Shown here in pieces: positions 1 to 8,819 of a DNA stretch of 64,000 bases (position 1 is the first letter of the stretch; each line of letters opens with the position of its first letter). The translations under genes were made by a program, and so were the position numbers. The stretch lies in the IMG/VR virus record IMGVR_UViG_3300042691_042003, positions 62,001-126,000 of that record, one strand, 5' to 3'. The notes beneath the pieces were generated by a model. It was not told the DNA's origin. It did no database searches and saw nothing but the letters and a program-made list of their open reading frames with translations.

Positions 1-1351
1 AGATGGAGTAGTTCCTTTTTGTAAAATTTACGATTCAACAATTCTTGCAACTAGTCAAGGTTCAGTAAGAAGAGGTGCCGCTTCTGTTAATATTGATATC
101 GAACATGGAGATTTTTGGGAATGGTTAGAAATTCGTGAACCAAAAGGTGATGTTAATAGACAATCTTTAAATCTTCATCAATGTGTTGTAGTTTCTGATT
201 CATTTATGCAAAAAGTTGAAGCAGGTGATAAAGAAGCTAGAGCAAGATGGACAGCCGTTCTTCGTAAACGTAGAACAACTGGAGAACCTTATATTATGTT
301 TAAAGGAAATGTAAATAGAAATAATCCAGAACCTTATAAGAATTCAGGATTAAAAGTTTACATGACTAATATTTGTTCAGAAATTACTCTACATACTGAC
401 GAATCTCATTCTTTTGTTTGTTGTCTTTCTTCTATTAATCTAGCTAAGTATGATGAATGGAAAGACACAGATCTTATCTATACTTCTACTTGGTTTTTAG
501 ATGGTGTAATGGAAGAATTTATTCAGAAAGCAAAATATATGAGTGGTTTTGGTAATTCTGTTAGATCTGCTGAAAAAGGAAGAGCTTTAGGTTTAGGAGT
601 TCTAGGTTGGCATACTTATCTTCAAGAAAATGGAATTCCTTTTGAAGGACTTCTTGCTCAATATGAAACTCGTAAAATCTTTTCACAAATTAAGCTAGAA
701 TGTGAAAGGGCAAGTAGAGATATGGCAAGAGAATATGGTGAACCTCTTTGGTGTGTAGGAACCGGAATGAGAAATACACATACTCGAGCAATTGCACCTA
801 CAGTCTCTAATTCAAAGCTTTCAGGTAATATTTCACCTGGAATCGAACCTTGGGCAGCTAATGTATTTACTGAACAAACTGCAAAAGGAACTTTTATCCG
901 TAAAAATCCTACTTTGAAGAAATATCTTAAGAAAATGAAAATGGATAATGAAACTGTTTGGAATCAAATTCTTTCCGATGGAGGTTCTGTTCAAGGATTA
1001 GATTTTCTAGATAAATGGTTCTTTGTAGACGGTAAGCTAATTGAAATTATTGATGATTCTGTTAATTTCGATGATAAAATTCCTTTTAAAGAAGTTTTCA
1101 AAACATTCAAAGAAATTAATCAATTAGACCTTGTAAAACAAGCAGGATTAAGGCAACAATATGTAGATCAATCAGTTTCACTTAATTTAGCCTTTCCTAC
1201 AGAAGCTTCTCCTAAATTTATAAACCAAGTTCATATGGAAGCATATAAACAAGGAATTAAAACACTTTATTACATGAGAACTGAATCTGTTCTTCGAGGC
1301 GATATTGCTCAAAAAGCTCTCGATCCGGATTGTCTTTCATGTGATGGCTAA
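1..1351 (+). CDS. nrdA: Ribonucleotide reductase class I alpha subunit, 5'-truncated by the window edge
   Basis: Frame open from position 2 (DGVVPFCKIYDST...RRGAASV); catalytic TNICSEI motif, APTVSNS, YYMR and C-terminal CLSCDG cysteine pair. Confidence 0.95.
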   Translation, partial: DGVVPFCKIYDSTILATSQGSVRRGAASVNIDIEHGDFWEWLEIREPKGDVNRQSLNLHQCVVVSDSFMQKVEAGDKEARARWTAVLRKRRTTGEPYIMFKGNVNRNNPEPYKNSGLKVYMTNICSEITLHTDESHSFVCCLSSINLAKYDEWKDTDLIYTSTWFLDGVMEEFIQKAKYMSGFGNSVRSAEKGRALGLGVLGWHTYLQENGIPFEGLLAQYETRKIFSQIKLECERASRDMAREYGEPLWCVGTGMRNTHTRAIAPTVSNSKLSGNISPGIEPWAANVFTEQTAKGTFIRKNPTLKKYLKKMKMDNETVWNQILSDGGSVQGLDFLDKWFFVDGKLIEIIDDSVNFDDKIPFKEVFKTFKEINQLDLVKQAGLRQQYVDQSVSLNLAFPTEASPKFINQVHMEAYKQGIKTLYYMRTESVLRGDIAQKALDPDCLSCDG

Positions 1352-1385
1352 GATATCCTTTCGCCGTATACGAAGGTATAAAAAA

Positions 1386-1440
1386 TGTTAATAATTTTTT
1401 ACCCGAGATTTTTTTATCTCGGGTTTTTTTATTATATTAG
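1386..1440 (+). promoter_or_regulatory. Host-type (Bacteroidota-like) early promoter with upstream TGTTAATAA element
   Basis: TGTTAATAA at 1386 and TATATTAG (variant of TAnnTTTG) at 1433; same architecture at 28259, 33683, 62127. Confidence 0.65.
1401..1430 (+). terminator. Rho-independent terminator after nrdA, embedded in the promoter element
   Basis: ACCCGAGAT...ATCTCGGGT stem followed by a T tract. Confidence 0.75.
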
Positions 1441-1461
1441 CTTATCAAACATATAATATAT

Positions 1462-1866
1462 ATGACTACAAACGAAAAATATGCAATGAATCGTACCATT
1501 GGTATATTCATGGGAGGTGAAATTATCGGTACAGAATCTTATGATAGAGGAGGATCCGAACTTGTTATTGAAAGATGGAAAGTTCCTCAAGGAATTGCTG
1601 CTTATGATGATAGTGCAAAAATAGGATATTTTCATTATGATCTTCATTGGGATCGTTTAATGTCGGTTATAGAAAAAATTGAAGAAATGGGACATTCAGT
1701 TATAATTTCTAGAACCACATGTAAAATTGTAGAAGATTTTAAAATCTATCCTATAATTGATAAGACTTCCGATGAGAAAATAGATGCTGTTTATTTAGCA
1801 ATCTGTGAATTTGTTAAGAAACATAACCATGAGCAATTTTTAGAAGATTTAAAAAATGAAAAATAG
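1462..1866 (+). CDS. Hypothetical phage protein (ABA-sandwich-like, WDxLMxVIEKIE motif)
   Basis: 134 aa ORF directly behind the promoter; HWDRLMSVIEKIE segment. Confidence 0.6.
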   Translation: MTTNEKYAMNRTIGIFMGGEIIGTESYDRGGSELVIERWKVPQGIAAYDDSAKIGYFHYDLHWDRLMSVIEKIEEMGHSVIISRTTCKIVEDFKIYPIIDKTSDEKIDAVYLAICEFVKKHNHEQFLEDLKNEK

Positions 1867-2017
1867 AATAACTCTTTCTGATATAATTCTAATGGATCGA
1901 AAAATCCGTAGAGATATTGAAATAGAAGCAGGAATGAATCGATCTTCCCTTCGAATTCATCGTTCTAAGAAAACTTATACAAGGAAAAACAAACATAAAT
2001 ATGGCGAAGCGATTTGA
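1856..2017 (+). CDS. Small basic protein, 53 aa, with ArfA-like C-terminal motif (not in ORF track)
   Basis: Manual translation MKNRITLSDIILMDRKIRRDIEIEAGMNRSSLRIHRSKKTYTRKNKHKYGEAI; fills the gap and overlaps both neighbours. Confidence 0.65.
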   Translation: MKNRITLSDIILMDRKIRRDIEIEAGMNRSSLRIHRSKKTYTRKNKHKYGEAI

Positions 2018-2249
2018 ATTTTACGTAGGAATTAGTAAAAGTGAAGAAAGTAAATTTTTTGATCTTTTAGAAGATATTAATCTAGATTCAGAATATTCTA
2101 TAGCTAAAATGATCGGATTTTTTGATGATCCTGATTCTTATTATACATTTGTTGTTGAAGGAACAATGGATGCTTATAAAAGATTCTATAGAGTGACTAA
2201 GGAAGGTAACTTAAGTTGGGTAAAATCTCTATATCATTATGAAGAGTGA
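2001..2249 (+). CDS. Hypothetical protein
   Basis: 82 aa ORF overlapping its neighbours. Confidence 0.65.
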   Translation: MAKRFEFYVGISKSEESKFFDLLEDINLDSEYSIAKMIGFFDDPDSYYTFVVEGTMDAYKRFYRVTKEGNLSWVKSLYHYEE

Positions 2250-2496
2250 AAAAATTTTACATATCTTAGAAAAGCCTAAAGCTAAAACCTATTATAAAAT
2301 CGTCGAGGATAAAGATGATCCTTGGTTTATATACATTCAGAAAATTGATAAAAAAACCAAAGAGATTCAAAAAAATTCAATGATAATTGCAAAAGATCTT
2401 GAAAGTCAATTAAAACTTATCAAATCCGATGGATGGGAGGAAACTTCCGAAGAACAACTTACATATAATATTAAAAATCAACAAGATAGAAAATGA
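2239..2496 (+). CDS. Hypothetical protein
   Basis: 85 aa ORF with ATGA overlap to next gene. Confidence 0.65.
   Translation: MKSEKILHILEKPKAKTYYKIVEDKDDPWFIYIQKIDKKTKEIQKNSMIIAKDLESQLKLIKSDGWEETSEEQLTYNIKNQQDRK
2458..2468 (+). promoter_or_regulatory. Candidate middle promoter CTTACATATAA upstream of clamp/polymerase operon
   Basis: Identical 11-mer at 5937 and 28973, near-identical at 49603, each just upstream of a replication gene. Confidence 0.55.
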
Positions 2497-3239
2497 AAAT
2501 ACAAGTAAAGAAAGTTTCTGTTCCTCATTTATCTTCTTTAATTAGAAGAATGTTGCTAATGGACACTTCAGTTTATCTGAACGTAGATTCAGAAAGAATT
2601 TGGTCCGATGTTTATACGCCAACAAAAGATGTAGTAAAATCAATATCTCTTCCTATTGATAATGTTCTACAATTTGATAAACCTCTTACCGAAACAATTA
2701 AGCTATCATTCTTTTCAGGCCAAAGACTTCTTGCTTGTTTAGGTTATTTTGATCCTCATAATCTTTCTGCTGAAATTAATGTTTTTAAAGATGAAGATGA
2801 TGGAATCCTTTATGCAGAAAAGATTATTTTTAAAGACAATCAGTTAAAAATTGAATTACATTGTCAAGATATTTCTCTTGGATTTACTTCAATGACTTCT
2901 GAACAAGTAAAACGAGCATTTGATCTTTCTACAAAAAATTATGAATTTAAGCTTTCTTCAGAAAATTTCTCTAAAGTTCTTTCTTTACAAACTCTCGATA
3001 AATCTGAATTGTTTACAATATACTCAGATAAATCAGGCGTACATATTAAATCGGATTCTTTCGACATTATTATAGACGACAATTATAAAAAAGTAGAAGA
3101 ACCAAGATCAATTTTTAAATCTTTCCTTCAAAGGATCGATAAAGAAACTTATACTGTTACCGTTTGTGAAAATAAAATGATTCTTGTTTCTGACGAATCA
3201 AATACGAATGTCGCATTAAATCTTGCAATCACAGAATGA
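2493..3239 (+). CDS. Probable DNA polymerase sliding clamp (gp45-like)
   Basis: 248 aa, two-domain alpha/beta pattern typical of clamp size; translationally coupled to polymerase; clamp loader present in window. Confidence 0.6.
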   Translation: MKIQVKKVSVPHLSSLIRRMLLMDTSVYLNVDSERIWSDVYTPTKDVVKSISLPIDNVLQFDKPLTETIKLSFFSGQRLLACLGYFDPHNLSAEINVFKDEDDGILYAEKIIFKDNQLKIELHCQDISLGFTSMTSEQVKRAFDLSTKNYEFKLSSENFSKVLSLQTLDKSELFTIYSDKSGVHIKSDSFDIIIDDNYKKVEEPRSIFKSFLQRIDKETYTVTVCENKMILVSDESNTNVALNLAITE

Positions 3240-4432
3240 TTAACGTAGAAAATCTCTCTTTAGATGAAATAAAAAACCTCGATTTAGCATCTCTTTCAGA
3301 TGAAGATATTAAAAACCTAAAGGAAGAATCTCTAAAATGTTATACTACCGAGCAAGCAATTAAGCTTGCGATTAATTCAATCTATGGTGCATTTGCAAAT
3401 GAATATTTTCACTTCTATAACGTCGCAATTGCAGAAACAGTAACTCTACAAGGTCAAGATGCCATTCGATTCACTGAAAAGATGGTTGACAAATACTTTA
3501 AGGAATTCTTCCATAAAGATAAACAACTTCATCAAGCTTTGAATGTAAAAGAAGATTGGGAAGTTAAACCAATCAAAGGCCAAGTTTGGAAATATACCGA
3601 TACCGATTCAGGTTACTTAATCTTTGAAGAAGTAATGGAATCAGTTAATTGGCAAGGATCCGTAAAAGATTTCGTTCTTGCTATTAATTCAAATCGACTT
3701 GCTTCTTATATTAAGAAGGTTTTAGATGATTATGCAAAACAAAGACATACCGACAATTATCTAGATTTTGAATTAGAAACTATTGCAGAAAACGCCATTT
3801 GGGTAGCAAAGAAAAAATATATTCAAAATATTATATGGAAAGATGGAAAAGATTATGACAATCTTTCTTATATTAAGACAACAGGTCTAGAAATTATTCA
3901 GTCTTCGACTCCTCCTTTCTGTCGACAAAAACTTATCGATGCTGTAAAATATATCTTTTCAAAAGTAAAAATTACAGCAAAGGATAATTCGGATTTAGTT
4001 AAATTGATTAAAGAAATCAAACGAGAATTTAAAGTTTCAAATATCGAAAAGATTTCTATGACTCGTAGTATTTCTGAATATTCTAAATTTATCATTAACG
4101 ATACTGATAAATTTGAAATGAAAGGTGGTTGTCCAATTCATGTTCGTGCAGGTGGATATCATAATTACCTTCTTAATCAAGAAACGAAGCTAAAAGGAAA
4201 ATACGAAATGATTCGTTCAGGTGATAAAATTAAATGGTATCATGCTTCAGATTCTTTTTGTGATGTATTTGCTTATAAAGCTGGAAATTATCCTTTCGAA
4301 TTTGCACCTAAAATGGATTTAGAAGTTCAATTTCAAAAAACAATTCTAGATCCTCTTAATCGAATTATTGTCCCTGCAGGTCTTCCTGCTCTACATCCTT
4401 CATTAGCTTATACTAGTGGAGCTCTATTTTAA
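3236..4432 (+). CDS. Family B DNA polymerase, C-terminal subunit of a split enzyme (gp43B-like)
   Basis: KLAINSIYG (motif B), YTDTDS (motif C), KKKY, TGLEIIQSSTP; no exonuclease domain or motif A. Confidence 0.9.
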   Translation: MINVENLSLDEIKNLDLASLSDEDIKNLKEESLKCYTTEQAIKLAINSIYGAFANEYFHFYNVAIAETVTLQGQDAIRFTEKMVDKYFKEFFHKDKQLHQALNVKEDWEVKPIKGQVWKYTDTDSGYLIFEEVMESVNWQGSVKDFVLAINSNRLASYIKKVLDDYAKQRHTDNYLDFELETIAENAIWVAKKKYIQNIIWKDGKDYDNLSYIKTTGLEIIQSSTPPFCRQKLIDAVKYIFSKVKITAKDNSDLVKLIKEIKREFKVSNIEKISMTRSISEYSKFIINDTDKFEMKGGCPIHVRAGGYHNYLLNQETKLKGKYEMIRSGDKIKWYHASDSFCDVFAYKAGNYPFEFAPKMDLEVQFQKTILDPLNRIIVPAGLPALHPSLAYTSGALF

Positions 4433-4443
4433 AAATAAAAATT

Positions 4444-5628
4444 ATGTCAAAAGAATTTTCAATTAATGAATTACAAAAGGAGTTGAAGAAAGTAAACCCT
4501 TTTGGAGATGTAATCAGTAAATCTGATTTCTCAAAAATTACTGAATGGATTGACACTGGAAATTATCATCTGAATGCAGTATTTTCAGGTGATCTTTTTG
4601 GTGGTATACCTAACAATCGTACAATCTGTCTTGCAGGTGAATCAGGTACAGGTAAAACATTCCTTCTTCTAAATATGTGTCGAGAAGCACAAAGAAAAGG
4701 ATATTATGTAATTTACTACGATACCGAAGGCGCAGTTGATGTAGATAATGTACAAAATTTTGGAATTGATCCAGAAAAATTTGACCATCAACCTATGTCT
4801 GATCTTGCAAAATTTAGAACTTCAGTTACAACTCTTTGTAAGAAAATGATGGAAGCCAAAGAAAAAGGTTATAAAACACCTAAAATTATGGTTTGTCTTG
4901 ATTCTCTAGGTATGCTTGCCACAACAAAAGAGATTGATGATGCTATGAGTGGTAATACAGCTGCAGATATGACTCGTGCTAAAATGGTTCGTTCTCTTTT
5001 CCGTATTATCACTTCGGATCTTACAGGTCTTGGAATTCCTTTTATTTTTACGAATCATACATATGCTTCTACTGGAATGTTTCCAACAATTAATCTTTCA
5101 GGAGGAGGTGGTCTTGTTTATTCTGCTTCTGTAATTCTTGCTCTTTCCAAAGCACAAATTAAAGAAGGAACTGTTCAAACAGGAATTATTGTATCGGTTA
5201 AAACCCTTAAAAATCGTTTCGGTAAACCTATTCCTATTAAGTTTCATATTCGTTGGGATCGAGGAATGAATCCTTACATTGGTATGGAAGAATACATTTC
5301 ATGGGACACTTGTGGAATTCAAAAAGGCAATATTATTTCTCAAAAAGATTATGATAAGCTTTCAGATAAAGATAAAGCTGAAGCAAGTCCTTTTCAAGCA
5401 AATGGAAATACTGTTTACTTCGTTCCTAAAGAAACAGCAAGGAATTTTATTGTAAAACATCTTGGTCGTGGAGTTTCACCTCAAGAATTCTTCACCCCTG
5501 AAGTATTTTCTACTGAAGTTTTAGAACAAATTAACGAAAAGAAAATTAAGCCGAGATTTAGTTACGGAACTGAACAATCCGATGTAGAAGAAATCGAAGC
5601 ATTCTTAATTGGTGGAGATGATGAATAA
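4444..5628 (+). CDS. uvsX: RecA-like recombinase
   Basis: DTGNYHLN, Walker A GESGTGKT, YYDTE, LDSLG, DMTRAK, TNHTY, SGGGG. Confidence 0.93.
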   Translation: MSKEFSINELQKELKKVNPFGDVISKSDFSKITEWIDTGNYHLNAVFSGDLFGGIPNNRTICLAGESGTGKTFLLLNMCREAQRKGYYVIYYDTEGAVDVDNVQNFGIDPEKFDHQPMSDLAKFRTSVTTLCKKMMEAKEKGYKTPKIMVCLDSLGMLATTKEIDDAMSGNTAADMTRAKMVRSLFRIITSDLTGLGIPFIFTNHTYASTGMFPTINLSGGGGLVYSASVILALSKAQIKEGTVQTGIIVSVKTLKNRFGKPIPIKFHIRWDRGMNPYIGMEEYISWDTCGIQKGNIISQKDYDKLSDKDKAEASPFQANGNTVYFVPKETARNFIVKHLGRGVSPQEFFTPEVFSTEVLEQINEKKIKPRFSYGTEQSDVEEIEAFLIGGDDE

Positions 5629-5935
5629 AGATTCGATTAAGATTAAATATCTTATCGGCTCTTTTCGTGATGAACCAAATTATCCAACTTATGAAGATTT
5701 TCTTTTTCTAATGGAAAATTGGTTTTATCATGAAGATGGAAAACATTTTATTCACACATATAGAGCCGTAGAAGAAACAGGTAATCCTTGTTTTACGAAT
5801 AATATCCTTCAGGAAAAGCTAAACGGAGACGAGAAGATCACAAAAGATCTTCTCGATTCTCTATTAAATGAAGGTAAAATTAGAGTAATTAAAGAGACTC
5901 GTTTCACGACATATTATGAAATCCTAAAAAATTGA
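5618..5935 (+). CDS. Hypothetical protein (possible winged-helix C-terminus)
   Basis: ORF overlapping the uvsX stop; ATG at 5618 or 5621 preferred over TTG at 5609. Confidence 0.6.
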   Translation: MMNKDSIKIKYLIGSFRDEPNYPTYEDFLFLMENWFYHEDGKHFIHTYRAVEETGNPCFTNNILQEKLNGDEKITKDLLDSLLNEGKIRVIKETRFTTYYEILKN

Positions 5936-5936
5936 T

Positions 5937-5947
5937 CTTACATATAA
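5937..5947 (+). promoter_or_regulatory. Candidate middle promoter CTTACATATAA upstream of helicase
   Basis: Exact repeat of the motif, 19 nt before the ATG. Confidence 0.55.
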
Positions 5948-5966
5948 AAAATAATCTAAATAAAAT

Positions 5967-7265
5967 ATGGTTGGATCTACAGAATTTGAAAAAATATTCT
6001 ATCTTTATACAAGACAGAATCCAAAATATCTTAAAACAGTAAATGAAGATTATTATGAAAATTCTGAAATAGGAACACTTCATTCGGTAACAAAACAATT
6101 CTTCGATAGATTTAATCAAGTTCCTTCTAAAGAACAACTTAAAGTTGTTTCGAAACAAGATAAATTTAAAGAAAGAATTTCTGATTCGATTATCGATATT
6201 ATTTTCGATGAACCTATCGAATCTTATGATACTGAATGGATTGAAGAAACCTGCCAATCTTGGATTCTTTGGAAATCTTTAGATAAATCTCTTGTAGATA
6301 CTCTTGAATACGTAAAGACTGTAAAAGTTACTCCTAACAATGTTAAAGATATTATTAATAAGGTTAAATCTCTTATTAATGATCGAAATAATATCACATT
6401 TAATCAAAACTTAGGAAAGAATTTTTTTGAAGTCGAATCACATATCCCAGAACAAAATTCTAAAATTACAACAGGACATCGATTTGTAGATCAATTCACA
6501 GGTGGATATCGAACAAAATCTCTTGTTGTTTATGCAGGTGAACAAAATATTGGTAAATCTATTTGGTTATCAAACGATGCAGTAAATTATGTTCGTGCTG
6601 GATTAGATGTTGCAGTCATTACTGCTGAAATGGCAGATATTGATTTTATTCATCGTATCGGTTCTAATTTGCTTAATATTCGACTTACTGAATATGAAAA
6701 GCTAAGTAAACAACCTAATTTTATTAAGACTCGTCTTTCATCTATAACCGATGGAATTATTCCTCCAGGGAATCTTTTTGTTAAAGAATATCCAACTTCA
6801 CAAGCAACAGTTCCTGATATCGAATCTTATTTAAAAGAGCTAGAAACTGTAAATGGGATAAAATTAAAAGTTATCGTCATTGACTATATAAATATTCTAT
6901 CGAATCATAGAAATCCAAATTCGGAAAATACTTATATGAAGATTAAGCAAATTGCAGAAGATCTTCGTGCTATGGCTGTTAGAAATGAATGGGTTGTTAT
7001 AACAGCAACTCAAATTAATCGAGGTGGATATGATTCAACAGAAATTACAATGAACCATATTGCTGAATCTGCAGGTCTTTCACATACTGCGGATATTATT
7101 TATGGAATTATACAAGACACTAATATGCATATGAATAATGAATATTGGTTAAAAATACTTAAAGTCAGAAACGGAACCGGTAAAAATAGTCGATGCATGT
7201 ATAATATCGATTATAATTACATGAGATTGATCGAATCCGATACAATCATAAACTCAACAATTTAA
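5967..7265 (+). CDS. Replicative DnaB-family helicase (gp41-like)
   Basis: AGEQNIGKS Walker A, ITAEM, KEYPT, IVIDYI, AEDLRAMA, TATQINR, AESAGL. Confidence 0.92.
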   Translation: MVGSTEFEKIFYLYTRQNPKYLKTVNEDYYENSEIGTLHSVTKQFFDRFNQVPSKEQLKVVSKQDKFKERISDSIIDIIFDEPIESYDTEWIEETCQSWILWKSLDKSLVDTLEYVKTVKVTPNNVKDIINKVKSLINDRNNITFNQNLGKNFFEVESHIPEQNSKITTGHRFVDQFTGGYRTKSLVVYAGEQNIGKSIWLSNDAVNYVRAGLDVAVITAEMADIDFIHRIGSNLLNIRLTEYEKLSKQPNFIKTRLSSITDGIIPPGNLFVKEYPTSQATVPDIESYLKELETVNGIKLKVIVIDYINILSNHRNPNSENTYMKIKQIAEDLRAMAVRNEWVVITATQINRGGYDSTEITMNHIAESAGLSHTADIIYGIIQDTNMHMNNEYWLKILKVRNGTGKNSRCMYNIDYNYMRLIESDTIINSTI

Positions 7266-7266
7266 T

Positions 7267-7731
7267 ATGAATGAAAATATAGAAGAATTCGAAGAAGAAG
7301 ATTACAGTGAAAAAAGAGATAAAATCTTCCAAAATCTATACGATGAAATTGAACTAGATTCAAGTGATATAACTTTTAAAGTAGATCCTTCATTTGAAGT
7401 AAAATCTTACGAATATACCTTAGATGAAAAAATGATTCTTGAAAAAATAGAAGAAATCATTTGTGATGTCGAAAGATTTGAAAGATTTAGAAATCCAGAT
7501 GAAAGTGGAACCTACATAAAAATGAGTAAAAGTGATATAAATGATGTTTATTTTCACGTAATCGAAAGGCTACCTAAAGAACCTAGAATAGAAATATTTT
7601 CGGTAATATCTTCTATGTTTGATATATCAGCGGATAAATTTTATGAATGTCTTTCAAATACATTTAAAACAGAATTGATTACTGAACTAAAATCAAGAGG
7701 ATATTTGTCGAATCGTAATTCCCTTTTTTAA
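7267..7731 (+). CDS. Hypothetical protein, candidate gp33-like late transcription coactivator
   Basis: Acidic N-terminus; C-terminal DISADKFYECLSNTFKTELITELKSRGYL..NSLF resembles the gp33 helical core plus a hydrophobic tail. Confidence 0.4.
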   Translation: MNENIEEFEEEDYSEKRDKIFQNLYDEIELDSSDITFKVDPSFEVKSYEYTLDEKMILEKIEEIICDVERFERFRNPDESGTYIKMSKSDINDVYFHVIERLPKEPRIEIFSVISSMFDISADKFYECLSNTFKTELITELKSRGYLSNRNSLF

Positions 7732-8819
7732 TGGAAATAAAAGCAAAAAGAGCTTTCATTGTATCTGATACTCATTTTGGTGCTAGATCTAATTCGGTAG
7801 AATGGTTAGATGTAATGAAAGATTGGTTTTATTCAGATTTTATTCCTAAAGTAAAATCTGAATATCAACCAGGTGATATACTTATTCATTGTGGAGATGT
7901 ATTTGATAATAGACAATCTGTAAATCTACTTGTTTTACATGAAGGGATACGTCTTTTTGAAGAGCTTTCTAAGATTTTTGTAGACGGGATATATGTAATT
8001 GCCGGAAATCATGACGTAATGAGAAAAACTTCTAATGATGTTTCTTCTCTTGATTGCTTAAAATATATTCCTAAGGTCAATATTTTAAAAGAACCTGTTA
8101 TTGCTGAAATAGGCAATACAAAATCTCTATTTATGCCATGGAGAACCGATACTGAAGAAGAACGTAAATGCCTATCTGAATTTAAAATAAAAAATCTTCA
8201 TTATCTTTTTTGTCATACTAATATCTCTCATCTTAAATTTGATAATAGTAGAGAAGTAGAAGAAGGAATTTCTATAAAAGAATTAAATAAATTTAGAAGA
8301 GTTTATTCAGGACATATTCATTGGGGACAAAGAAAGAAAAATGTTACAATGGTCGGTAATCCTTATCAAATGACTCGTTCGGATGCAGGAAATGAAAAGG
8401 GTTGGTATATTCTTGATTTTGAAAGTGGTGAAGAAAGATTTATAGAAAATACATATTCTCCTAAATTTGTTAGAATTTATTTAAATAAATTTTTAGATAA
8501 AACTATAGATGATCTAAAGAATGTATGCACGAATAACAGGGTTGACCTCTATGTGCCTTCTAGTTTTCTTTTAAGGTATCATATTAATCCTATTATTGAT
8601 GTCTTAAGTGAAATTACGAAGAAACTAGAAGTGATTCCTTTTGAAGATGATATAGATTCTAATGAAGATTACGTCGATGGAGATGAATCATTTAATATTT
8701 ACGGACTTTGTGAAAGATATGTAAAAAATCTTTCTTCTATGGATTCTATTTCTAAAGAAAAAGTCCTCACAAAAATTAATAACATTTATAACAATATCAT
8801 TAAAGAATCTAGAGAATGA
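7731..8819 (+). CDS. Recombination endonuclease subunit (gp47 / Mre11-SbcD family)
   Basis: SDTHFG, GDVFD, GNHD, SGHIH, GNPYQ metallophosphoesterase motifs. Confidence 0.93.
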   Translation: MEIKAKRAFIVSDTHFGARSNSVEWLDVMKDWFYSDFIPKVKSEYQPGDILIHCGDVFDNRQSVNLLVLHEGIRLFEELSKIFVDGIYVIAGNHDVMRKTSNDVSSLDCLKYIPKVNILKEPVIAEIGNTKSLFMPWRTDTEEERKCLSEFKIKNLHYLFCHTNISHLKFDNSREVEEGISIKELNKFRRVYSGHIHWGQRKKNVTMVGNPYQMTRSDAGNEKGWYILDFESGEERFIENTYSPKFVRIYLNKFLDKTIDDLKNVCTNNRVDLYVPSSFLLRYHINPIIDVLSEITKKLEVIPFEDDIDSNEDYVDGDESFNIYGLCERYVKNLSSMDSISKEKVLTKINNIYNNIIKESRE

